DNA of 64,000 nucleotides from Rebecca billardiae RCC1528. Lineage: Eukaryota; Protista; Haptophyta. A program made the translations under genes and the position numbers. Positions 22,072-32,559 of this stretch are shown here, piece by piece; position 1 is the first letter of the stretch; every line of letters begins with the position of its first letter. Below the pieces are notes generated by a model. The model ran no database searches, was not told the origin of the DNA, and saw nothing but the letters and a program-made list of their open reading frames with translations. The stretch is taken from NCBI GenBank assembly GCA_965240325.2, contig OZ251230.1:2666001-2730000 (forward strand). The letters run 5' to 3'.

Positions 22072-23160
22072 GTGGGCGCAGCGGCCATCGAGCGATGGCG
22101 GCAGCCAGCACGCCGCCCGGCTGGTGGGAGGGACGGGGAGGGGAGGGAGGAGGGGAGCCAGGGAGACACGATCGAGCTGGGGTCAGCCGACGCCAGCCAT
22201 CGTGGGCTGCGGCGGACGGGCGGCGGCGGCGCGCGCGGCGCCCGCCGCGCGCGCGGCCTCGCGGCCGCGCGCGCGCGCGGTGTGCCACGCGCGCGCGCCG
22301 CCGCCGCCCGCCGCCGCAGCAGCGCAGCAGCAGCACACGCCGAGCAGCACACCGCACACACGAGCCGAGACGAAGACGACGAAGACGAAGAACCAACAGC
22401 CCTTCAAGAAACACGCGCCGGCGCAGACGGTGACGACGGCGGCGGCGGCGGCGGCGGCGCACTGCTGGCGCCGCGCGCCGGCCGCGGGCCCGCCGCCGGC
22501 CGCGCCCGCGCGCACACAGCGTGCGGGCGGGCTTGGCGGCGGCCGCGCGGGCGGCGCGCCGCGCGCGCGTGCCCCGCGCCGCTCACACCGCCGCCGCCAC
22601 GCCGCATCGCCGCATCGCCGCACCGCGCCGCCGCCACCGCGCCGCCGCCCTCGCGGGCGCGCGCCGGTGGCGGCGCGCCGGTGGCGGCGCGCCGGTGGCG
22701 GCGCGCCGTGCGGCGCTGTGTGGCGGTGGCGGCGGTGGCGGCGTCGCCGCAGCAGTCGGCGCGGCCGGGAATCGGCCAGCCGCTGCCATCGGCGGCGGCC
22801 CGCTCCGCCGCCGCCGACGACGCCGACGACGACGACGACGAACACGAAGACCACAGCCCGGCGACGGCCGCGGCGCGAACGCCCCCGGCACACCGGGGCT
22901 GCCGCGTCGCGGCCGTCGCCGGGCCCTCGGCCGCGCGCCCGCCGCCGCCGCCGCCCGCGCGCATTTGCCGGCCGCTGGCAGCACCGATGCTGCCGGCGGC
23001 CGGCGGTGCGGCGGCGGCGGCGTGGCGCGCGGCGCGCGGCCGCCGGCTCCGCGCGCGCCACCCACCACGCGCGCGCGAGCCCGCGGCCGCGCACCCGCCG
23101 CGCCGGCCACCTCGGCCGCTGGCGCCGGCGGCGCGAAAAACCGTTACGGCAGCGCCGTGA
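22072..23160 (+). CDS. Possible low-complexity acidic protein
   Basis: Open frame with acidic runs (RDEDDEDEEP, DDADDDDDEHED); no domain recognised and start uncertain. Confidence 0.2.
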   Translation: MGAAAIERWRQPARRPAGGRDGEGREEGSQGDTIELGSADASHRGLRRTGGGGARGARRARGLAAARARGVPRARAAAARRRSSAAAAHAEQHTAHTSRDEDDEDEEPTALQETRAGADGDDGGGGGGGALLAPRAGRGPAAGRARAHTACGRAWRRPRGRRAARACPAPLTPPPPRRIAASPHRAAATAPPPSRARAGGGAPVAARRWRRAVRRCVAVAAVAASPQQSARPGIGQPLPSAAARSAAADDADDDDDEHEDHSPATAAARTPPAHRGCRVAAVAGPSAARPPPPPPARICRPLAAPMLPAAGGAAAAAWRAARGRRLRARHPPRAREPAAAHPPRRPPRPLAPAARKTVTAAP

Positions 23161-25177
23161 CGGAAAGCCGTTACGAAGCGTCCGCAGCCAGCTCAACCCT
23201 TTTGGGCCCGACACACGCGCTCGTGTGCGGCCCACCTGCGGCGCGCGTGGGTGCCAGCACCGCGCGCGCCGCGCTTCGGGCGCGCGCACACCGCGCAGGT
23301 GTGCGCGCGCCCCTGACGGCGGGGCGGCGCCGCGAGGCGCCGCCCGCCGCTGCGACCGCGCGGCCGCGAGGCGGCCGCGCGGTGTGCGCGCGCGGCGGTG
23401 CGCACGGGCGCACCGCTGCGCCGCGCCGGCGGCCGCGCGGCCGCCCCAACATTGGGGCGGCGGCGCGGCCGCACGCTCTGCGCCGCGCGCCCGCGGCCCT
23501 GCGTAGGGCCGCGGCCGCTGCGCCGCGCCGGCCGCCGCCCCTCCGAAATCGGAGTTGGGCGGCGGCAGGCGCGGTGGCGCAGCCCCTGAGCGGCGCCGCG
23601 CGATGATCGCGGACGATGATCGCGCGACGCCGGCGACGCCGAGTGCCGCCCGGGGCGGCGCTCGGCGGCGGGATCGCACAAGAGTGCGATCTCGAGCCGC
23701 GGGCCGGTGGATTTCCCACATGGGCACCGGCCGCGGAGGCATTGAGCTGGCTGGGACGCAGGCGTGCGGTGGTGGCGCGCCGCCACACGGCGCCCGGCGG
23801 GGCGACGCGGCCGCGCGCCGCGCGCCGCGCGCCCACCTGCCGCGGCGGCGACGACATCCGTTCCTCGGGAGCAGAAGGAGTGTGTGTTTGCTCCTGCTCC
23901 GTGGATGGTCGGTGCCGCCGCTGAGGGTGGGCGCGCGGGCGCGGCGCGCCGCCCGCGCGCCCTGGCGCCCTCCGAGGCAGGCCGACCGACGCCCGCGGCG
24001 CGGCAGCGCGCGAGCGCGGCCGCGCGGCGGCGCGGACGGCCGCAGAGGGCGCCAGGGCGCGCGCCCCGCCCACAGAACGAGGTACGGCGCCCGCGCCGCC
24101 GCCGACCGAGCGCGCGCCGTCGGGTTGCGCGCCCGCGCCGCGTGCGCGCCGCCGCGCGCGCCGAGCCCGCCCCGCACAGGGGCGGGCTCGGCGCGCGGGG
24201 CGGCGCGCGCGCGGCCACACAGGGCGCGCGGCGCGGCGGCGGCGCTGGCCGGCGGCGGCGGCGGGCGCGCGAGCTCGTGCGACCGACAGGCGGCCCGCGC
24301 GGCGGGGCGAGGCGCGGACGCCTTGGCGAGACGAGAGACCGAGGGGGACGTTGGGCGGAGGCGGCGGGGGCGCCGTCCTCGTCCCCACCCAAGAAGATCG
24401 GAGAGACGCAGCAGCCGTCCAAGTGCCGACTGCGAGACGACTTCCGTCCGAGATGAGACTCAAGACATGCAAACCGAGCTGGCGGCTGGCGAGCGCGCGC
24501 TCGGCGCCCCAGGCTGTGCGCCGGGCCGCGTGCGCCGCCGCCGCGTATCAGTGTGATATGCAGTGTACTGCTGCTCCCGTCGTGCTGCTGACAACGGACG
24601 CCGTTGTTTATTCAATCTGTGACTTATTCATATTATTTTTTATTATTATAATAATATTAAAACGTAGTGTTTAAAGCTCAGTTACGTTTAAAGTCTGCTA
24701 CAGTAACGGACGACGAAAAATATTACGTCTCGCATCAATGACCAGACACCAGTGAAGGCTTCGTCAATAATAATGAATTATTCCGAGCATGCCGCTGATG
24801 CTGCGGAATAAGTCAATAACTGAACAGATATATATCGAGCTAGGCGGTACGCGCGCGTCAGTACGAAAAGAAATTAATAATTATTAAATAACAATCGAGC
24901 TGCGCGCGCGAGAGTACGGAGAACTGCTAGTGAGTAGTGATGACATTGACGGCCGTCTCAGACTCAGACCCGTCCCGGCGTCCGGCGGACCAGTGCACCC
25001 TCGCCCTCGCTCGCCGGGGCACAGCAGATCCCCGCGCTCAAGCCTGAAGCCATTCGATCGCGGTTCAGGCTATGCGCTGGCGCTCTGCCACCAACGCCGA
25101 CTTCGTGTCGACGATCGGGCACTGCCGACGACGAATCAGGAGACCTGCGCCGTCCTACCTGTGTCGTTAAATCATAC

Positions 25178-25682
25178 GGAGCGTTGCGCCAGCTGGACAA
25201 ACGCAAAGGACCCAAGACCCAGGATCCTTGGACTTGTGGAGGGCCCTGGCGAGACCTGCACTCGGATCGGGGCCCTCTCTCGCTGTGCCGCTTTCGGCGC
25301 ACGCCCGGCCGCGCGGCGGGCGACGTGTGCGCACGCCGTGCAGCTCGCGGCGCGTGCGCATTGGCTAGCTGGCACACGTCTCCCGACGCACAAGGCAAAT
25401 GACCGCAGCTGGGATGCTCTTTCGCGCCGCAAGAACGCGTGCGAGGCCGGTCGCCGCGGCCGAGCGGCGTGGCCGTGCCGCCTGCACGCTGGGCGCCCAT
25501 GGACGTGGCTTCGCCGCGCGCGCTGAGGCCGGCGAGCGTCGGGGCAATGGCGACTGCGCGCCCATGCGGCGGCGAAGCCGCCATCCGCCGCGCTTTGCCG
25601 TTGGACAGCGCGGAACATTTCTTTTTGAAAAGCGCCGATCTGAAAAGACCGGAAGGCGTTTGTCCAGCTGGCGCAACGCCCC
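25178..25682. mobile_element. MITE-like element, 505 bp, 27-bp terminal inverted repeats
   Basis: GGAGCGTTGCGCCAGCTGGACAAACGC (25178-25204) versus GCGTTTGTCCAGCTGGCGCAACGCCCC (25656-25682), one mismatch. Non-coding, in AT-richer intergenic DNA; no clear target-site duplication. Confidence 0.7.
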
Positions 25683-26232
25683 TGAATGAGTTACGAACAT
25701 GGGTAACCATGGGTAATCTAATCATTTGGTTTGGCAAATTGATGATTCATTGACTGTCATCACTCAGTGCATGATGGGTAATGAGTACCCACGCATGACC
25801 CATCAGATTCTGTCAGCGGAATCGTGACATTTGATGCTGATGGTGCGACTCCTAAAAATGTTGCGAATGACGTACCTCAGTATAATGTAGTCTTTAACCC
25901 TACACATAAATACGCGTAGATGCGCAGGAGTACACCCAGCCTGAAATCCTACCACGCTCGGCGCTCGGGGCCCGGTGCTCAGCCAATCAGCAGCGCGGCA
26001 GCGGTGTCAAGCCTGCCCCCTCGGTCGGCCCTCGGTCGTAGCCAATAATCAACTGCCACTCATCAACCAGAAAAAACCGTATGGGGGTACTCAGATCGCC
26101 TCTTCCGTTCAGCTGGTCAGCAGCTCAGGCGGCCCGCGACCGCTGCGCTGGAGCGAGAGGCCCTTGCTGCCACGGCTGCACAGGCCGGGCAAGGCGCCAG
26201 GCTGCTGCTCGCTGCACAGCCTTGGGCGGGCC

Positions 26233-28430
26233 ATGGAAGTGAGTGGGGACGGCCCCGCCGACGCGGGCGCCGAGCAGCCCGAGGCGCCACCCACGCATTC
26301 GGGCAAGAACCCGACGCTCTCCGTCAACAAGAAGCCGTGGACGCCCGAGGAGGACGCGCTCCTCCTCAAGGCGATCGACGAGCTCGGCGGGCCGCACTCG
26401 TGGGGGCAGATCGCTGAGCGCGTGCCGGGCCGCAAGGACAAGCAGTGCCGCGAGCGCTGGTGCAACCACCTGAGCCCGGCGGTGAAGAAGGCCGACTGGC
26501 TCCGCGAGGAGGACGATCTCATCCTGCAGAGCGTCGCCGAGCTCGGCACTGTGCGCGCGCGCGTGCGGACCGCGCGGCGGCGCGTGCGCGGCGGCGCGCG
26601 CGCGGCGCCGCGCCGCGGCGCACGCGCCCGATGACCGATGACGCGCACCCGCCGCCCGCGCGGGCGCGCCCGGCCGCGCCCGCCCCACCCGCGCGCCGCG
26701 CCGCCGCGCACCAGTCGTGGAGCCGCATCTCCAAGCGGCTGCCCGGCCGCACCGACCACGCGATCAAGAATCGTTACAACTCTGCGCTGCGCAGGCGGCA
26801 CGCGCCGCCGCCGCCGCCGCCGCGCAGGCCGTGGGCGCGCGACGACGACCCCGCGCGCGCGGCGGAGCTCGGCGCGCCGCGCGTCGGGGACGGCGGCGGC
26901 GCCTTCTCCGCGCCGCTCGCCCGCGCGCACCCCGCGCTCACGCCGCCGGCCACGCCGATGGGTTGCGCCTTCGAGCCCGGCTGCGCGTTCGCTGAGGCGC
27001 AGCCGGCGCACGCGCTCGGCGCGCAGCCGCCCACGTTCGCGCACGCGATGGCGGGCGTGCCGATGACGACGGGCTCGGGCTCGCACCCGAGCTCGCGCTC
27101 GGGCTCGCGCCCGCACTCGGCGAACCAGCCGCGGCCGCCGCCCGCCACGCCTGCGCCTGAGATGAAGAAGCAACGGTCAGAGGACGAGCGCGGGCGCGCG
27201 GCGGCGCAGGGGCAGCACGCGCACGCGCGGCCGCTCGGCGCGGCGTCGCTGCACCCGTCCGAGCCGCCCTCGCCGCTCGGCGCGATGCGCCCGTACGCCG
27301 AGGCCGAGTCGGCGTGCCGCGCGCACACGGCGCCGATGATGCGGATGGCGACCGGCGCGCCGCCCACGCCGAGCTGCGCGCAGGTGCTGCCCGGGTTCGT
27401 GTTCGGCGGCGGCGGCGGGAGCGGCGGCAGCGGGAGCGGGGGCGGCTCGTTCCGAGAGGGCGGCGGCGGCAGCGGCGGCGGCTCGTTCCGCGAGGCCGGC
27501 GGCGGGAGCGGCGGCGCGGACGACGCGGCCGGGCTGCACGCCGCGGCCGTCGCGGCCGCGCGGGCACAGCAACTCGGCGCGGGCGCGGGCGGAGGCGCGG
27601 GCGGCGTCTTCGAGGCGCACATCCTCGCGCTCTCGCGGGAGCTGGTGTACGCGGCGACGGCGCCGAGCCTCGAGCACAGGGAGCTCATCTTGGAGGTGAT
27701 CCTCGACGAGATGCGCAGCGCGGCGAAGGCGGCGGCGCCCTCAGACGGCGGCTCCTTTTGCGGCCGGGCGGGCGGGAGCGGCAGCGCGGACGCGCTGCCG
27801 CAGCAGCAGCCGCAGCAGCCGCCGCAGCCGCAGCAGCCGCCGCCGCACCAGCAGCACGCGCAGCAGCAGCAGCAGCGCGTCTCCGCCTCGATGCCGCCGC
27901 CGCCATCGCCCACGCTCGTCGGCGCGCACGCGCACTTCAGCGCGCCCGCGCGCTCGGCCAGCCTGATGCCGCCCAGCTTTGCCGTGTGCGACGGCTCCGA
28001 CAGCGACGCGGAGGGCTCGCCCGTGCACGAGCACAGGCTGAACTCACCCGGACTGGTGACGCCGCCCGTGCTGCCGCGCACGAGCAGCACGTCGCCGCAG
28101 GCGTCGCAGTCCGACGGCCGGCTGCTCGCCGACCCGTGGACGAACGGCACGGCCGAGCGCGGCTGCAGCCGCTCGACCGGATCGGGCGGCGCCGCCGGCG
28201 CTGAGCAGTCGCAGCCGGTGCTCTCGCCGCGCGCCGCGTCCGACCAGGGCCCGCTCGCGGCGCAGCGGCCGCAGCTCAAGGCGGCGCGCCCCGCCGCCAA
28301 GCCGAGGGCGGGCGGGAAGGGCGCGCCGACGCCCGCCGCGGAGGTGCCCCCGCAGCAGCGCGCGCCGCCCTCGCTCGTCGCCGCGCTGCGCGAGCGAGCG
28401 GAGGTGGCGGCGCGGCGTAAGCAGAGCGGC

Positions 28431-28496
<66 letters not shown>

Positions 28497-28955
28497 GGCA
28501 GCCTCGCGCCGCCCGCGGCGAACGGCGGCGGCGGCGGCGGCGGGCTCCTGCCGCCAAACCTGCCGGCGAGCGCGTACGCGTACCGGAATGCCGCGCCGCC
28601 CAGCTGCTCGTCCGATGACCCTGTGGGCGGTCACACGCCGCCCGCGCCCGCGAGCCCGCAGCAGCAGCAGCAGCACGGCGGCGGCGCGCCGAGCGGGCGG
28701 CACTCGCCGCTGCCCGAGCTGCCGGAGGACTCGCTCGGGCTGGGCGGCGCGGGCGGCGGCGGCGGCGGCGCGGACGGCGGCGCCGACGAGCCGATGATGC
28801 CAATGCCCTCCGAGCTGGGCGACCAGCTCCAGCTCAGCGACGGCGTGGACGAGGACGCGCTGCTCGGCCTCACGGGGGCGGACCTCGTCAACTCGGACAC
28901 GACGCTGCTCGAGCTCTCCGAGCTGCTCGCGCTCTCGCCCATGCGGCCGAGCTGA
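26233..28955 (+). CDS. Two-repeat (R2R3-type) MYB transcription factor; predicted exons 26233-26550, 26715-28955
   Basis: KKPWTPEEDALL...WGQIAERVPGRKDKQCRERWCNHLSPAVKKADWLREEDDLI...LGT|SWSRISKRLPGRTDHAIKNRYNS. Intron 26551-26714; long Gly/Gln/Pro-rich tail. Confidence 0.93.
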
Positions 28956-30014
28956 CGGCGGCGGCCGGCCAGGGCGGCGCGGCGGCGGGGGCGCCGCGGG
29001 GATCGGCCGATGGCCGGCGAGTCCCAGTCGTGGCTGAATCGCGGTCTCGGGTCTGGCGGCGGCGTTGCCGGGTTCCGGCGGTTCCGCACTCGCTGTTCTC
29101 GCAGCCTGAATGCCTGATTCGGGCTAGTCGGCCGCCCTCGCGGCAGTGCCGCGTCGGCTGCGGTCGCGGGCCAGCTCCTAGATGACTACTAATAAGCAGA
29201 TGACTATCTAGTATCTACATATCTGATGATAGTATCCGACTATCAGCCGTACATGACTATTTGACTTAATGACTGATGACATTGACTACATCGTCCGGAT
29301 ATCACTGAGTGATTTCACACTCGACTAACTCGGATCACAGCGCGTGCCTTCGGATGAGGTCGCACTGATGACATGAGTCAGACTGATGAGGACCGCCATC
29401 GGCACCGTCGGCGTTCACTGCTTTCAGAAGATCGACATCAAATCAGTTTCATGCAGCCGCGACCGGCCGACCGCGACTGGCACGGCTGGCGGCGACGAGT
29501 GCTCCCGCGCCGTCTTAGTCCGTCACTCCGCCGCGGACGAGCATAGTGTCATCTGATGCTCGGCGTGCTGCTGGCATCGTCGCTGAGAGGCGACGCATCA
29601 GCCACCGTGCGTGCGGCGGTGCAGCCGACCACCCCTCGGCGAGACCGGGCGTACGCGAGCACTCCACCCGCCAAAGCCCCCGCCCCCCGTCTCAGCACGT
29701 CGGGGCCGCAGTCAGCAGCAGCAGCAGCAGTCGGCAGCACGCGCGCCGCAGGCCGCGGGCTGTGCGCGTGGCGGGACGACCGCGCAGAGTCGAGTCGAGC
29801 CGCGGACGAGCCGTGGGGCGTGAGGCACCCACGCGCGCGGATGCGGCCGCACCGAGACCCAATCGCTCGCCAGCCACGCCACGGCAGAGCCGCCGGCCCC
29901 GAGCGCGCGGCCACGGCCGCCGCCGCCCGGCGCCGCCGCGACGGCGCGAGCGCGGATCGCTGAGCCGGCCGCTTGCGCCTCGCGCCGCGCCGCGGCGCCC
30001 GGCCAGCGCGCGCT

Positions 30015-30481
30015 CTACTCAGCGTCATCCGACGGCTCGCCCTCCGCCTCGGCCTCCGGCTCCGCCGCGGCCGGCGCCGGCGCCGCGTCGTCGTCCTCCA
30101 ACGGGTCGTAGCCGGCGGCCGCTGCTCGGCTCAGGGCGACAATTGCCGCCTTGCGCGTCTTGCCGAGCCAGACGGCCTTGCGCTGCGCCGTCTTCTGCTT
30201 GCTCTTCCGCTTCTTCGGCACGGCCATCACCACGGCGCCGGTGCGCTGCGCGACGCGCGAGCTGCGGGCAGGGCGCGCACCGGCCGGCGCGCGCGGCGTG
30301 TCCGCGGGTGATTACGCGGCCCGGGCGAGGCGCGGCGCGCGGCGCGCGTGCGCGGCGCGGCGCACCTGACGGCAAGGCTGTCGCCGCCGATGTGCGCGGT
30401 GGGCCGAAGCGCCGTGTGCATGAACCCGTTCGCGGCGGCCACCATCCCGAGCACGCACAGCGCCAGTCGAAGCGGCGACAT
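30015..30481 (-). CDS. rpl32: Nucleus-encoded plastid ribosomal protein bL32c with bipartite leader; predicted exons 30481-30366, 30261-30015
   Basis: MAVPKKRKSKQKTAQRKAVW is the L32 N-terminal signature. Intron 30365-30262 joins it in frame to MSPLRLALCVLGMVAAANG-FMHTALRPT... (signal peptide, Phe at +1, transit-like peptide). Confidence 0.85.
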
Positions 30482-30636
30482 GCCTCGCTGCCTGATGAAC
30501 AATGGAAGGCGCCCTGCCGCAGGCCACGTGAAAGAACGCAAAGCGTTCTCGAGCTCGCTCGCGGGCCGAGGTCCGGGCGCGCGCGTGAGAGTCCGGGCCC
30601 GCGCCGCCCGCGCCAAGAGACGCTCGCAGTGGCAGC

Positions 30637-32351
30637 ATGGAGGGCGGGCCGGCGGCGCGGCCCGGCGTGGCGGTGGACGAGGCGCCGAGCGCGCGCTGCG
30701 CGCCCGGCGCGTGGAAGCTCGGCGTGCCCGACCGCCCCGCGCGCGTGCAGCTCGACCTCAGCACGATCCGGCTGCAGGCGCCCGAGGTCCAGGGCGATTA
30801 TAACATCTGGTACGACAAGTATGCGGGCGAGCACGGCCACCACCGCTCGGCGGCGGCGGCGACGCGGTGCCACCTGGACACGGACGCGGGGCGCACGCAG
30901 GCGGACGTGACCGAGTCGCACGCGCCGCTGTGCATCCACTTCGCGCGCGGCGCGTGCGCGTACGGCGCGCACTGCACGTACCGGCACCGCGCGCCGCTGG
31001 ACGAGGACGAGGGCTCCGCAGAGTCGCGCCTCGACGTGTTCGGGCGCGAGCGGCACAACGCGTTCCGCGACGACATGGGCGGCGTGGGCTCGTGGTCGCG
31101 CGACCAGCGCACCCTCTACGTCGGCCGCGTGTGCGTGCTCCGCGCCGAGCCCGAGGTGCACGCGACCGTCTATAATCACTTCTCCGAGTGGGGAGAGATT
31201 GACTACTGCCGCGTGCTGATTGGAAAGGGCTGCGCCTTCGTCGCGTACCGGCTGCGCGCGGCGGCGGAGTTCGCGAAGGAGGCGATGGCGGACCAGGCGC
31301 TCGAGGACAACGAGCAGCTCAACCTGCGCTGGGCGTACGAGGACCCCAACCCGCGCGCCAAGGTGCGAGCGCGCGGCGCGGCGCGGCGCGCCGAGCGCGC
31401 GCGCGCGAGCCGGGCGCGCCGCGGCCGCGCGTGAGGCGCGCGCGCCGGGCGCTCACGACGCGCCGAACCCCGCGCCGGCCGCGCGCGCGCGTGGCGCAGG
31501 CGGACAAGCTGCGCGCGCAGGCGAGCACGATGCTCGCGGCGATGCGCAAGCGCGGCCACCTGCCCGACGAGCAGCCCGCCGCGCCGCACGCCGAGACTTA
31601 TGCGGCCGAGCTGCTGCAGCAGCAGCAGGGGCAGGGGGAGGGGGAGGGGCAGCAGGGGCCGGGCAAGCGCGCGCGCGGCGCGGCGGCGGACGGCGCGGCC
31701 GCGCCGGCCGCGGCGACCGTGTACCCGGCCGAGGCCGTGCCGCTCACGCGCGAGCAGGCCTTCGCGCAGCGCCAGGCCGCCGCGGCCGCCGAGGAGGAGG
31801 CTGCCTGTGCTGAGAGCACCCTGGCTGCCGCGCAGGCGGAGCATGCCGCCGCCAGCCGGCTCGACTCCATCCTGGGGCGCATCGATGGCGGCGGCGGCGG
31901 TGATGGTGGGAGTGGGCGTGGCGGCGGTGGCGGTGGCGGTGGCGGTGGCGGAAGGGCTCGTGGCGGCGGTGGCGATGGCGGCGCGGCCGCTGCGCTGCCC
32001 GCGGGCGGCGCCACTGCGGAGGCGCGCCAGATGCCGTCAGCTAGCGACGCAGCTGCCGCGCACGCCGCGAGCGGCGGGTGGCAGCTGGGCACCGACCCCG
32101 CCACTGGCTGCGCGTACTACTACAACCACTACACGGGCGAGTCGCGCTGGGCGCAGCCGCACGAGCACGCGGGCGCGGCGGGCGCGTACGCGGGCGCGTG
32201 GGGGCAGGGCGCGTGGTCGTACGCCGCGCCATCGCCCGCAGCTACGGCAGGGGCCGCCACGGGCGCAGTGGCCCCCACAGGGCAACCAGCCGCCGCCTCT
32301 GCCGCCGCACTTCCTGCCGCCAGCGTGGGCTCGGCACCGGTCTCACGATGA
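30637..32351 (+). CDS. CWC2: Pre-mRNA splicing factor Cwc2 (Torus/CCCH + RRM) with C-terminal WW domain; predicted exons 30637-31362, 31500-32351
   Basis: PARVQ, YNIWYDKY, DAGRTQAD, CIHFARGACAYGAHCTYRH, DVFGRERH..FRDDMGGVGS, RTLYVG, AAAEFAKEAMADQAL, LNLRWAYEDPNP. WW: GWQLGTDPATGCAYYYNHYTGESRWAQP. Intron 31363-31499. Confidence 0.9.
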
Positions 32352-32559
32352 CCGGATGACGACCCGCGCCGCGGGCCGAACAGCGCGACGACCGCGAACT
32401 CTCACTCTGATGCCGGGATGACCGCGATGTCACGCAGTTGTCACACTACTGCGCGATGATGGCTGCTATACAAGTATAGTGAGTAGTATTATAAAGACTA
32501 AAGTACGCCTACCGTGCCCTGTCACTGTCAGTCCGTCACCGTGGAGTACCGTCACCGTG

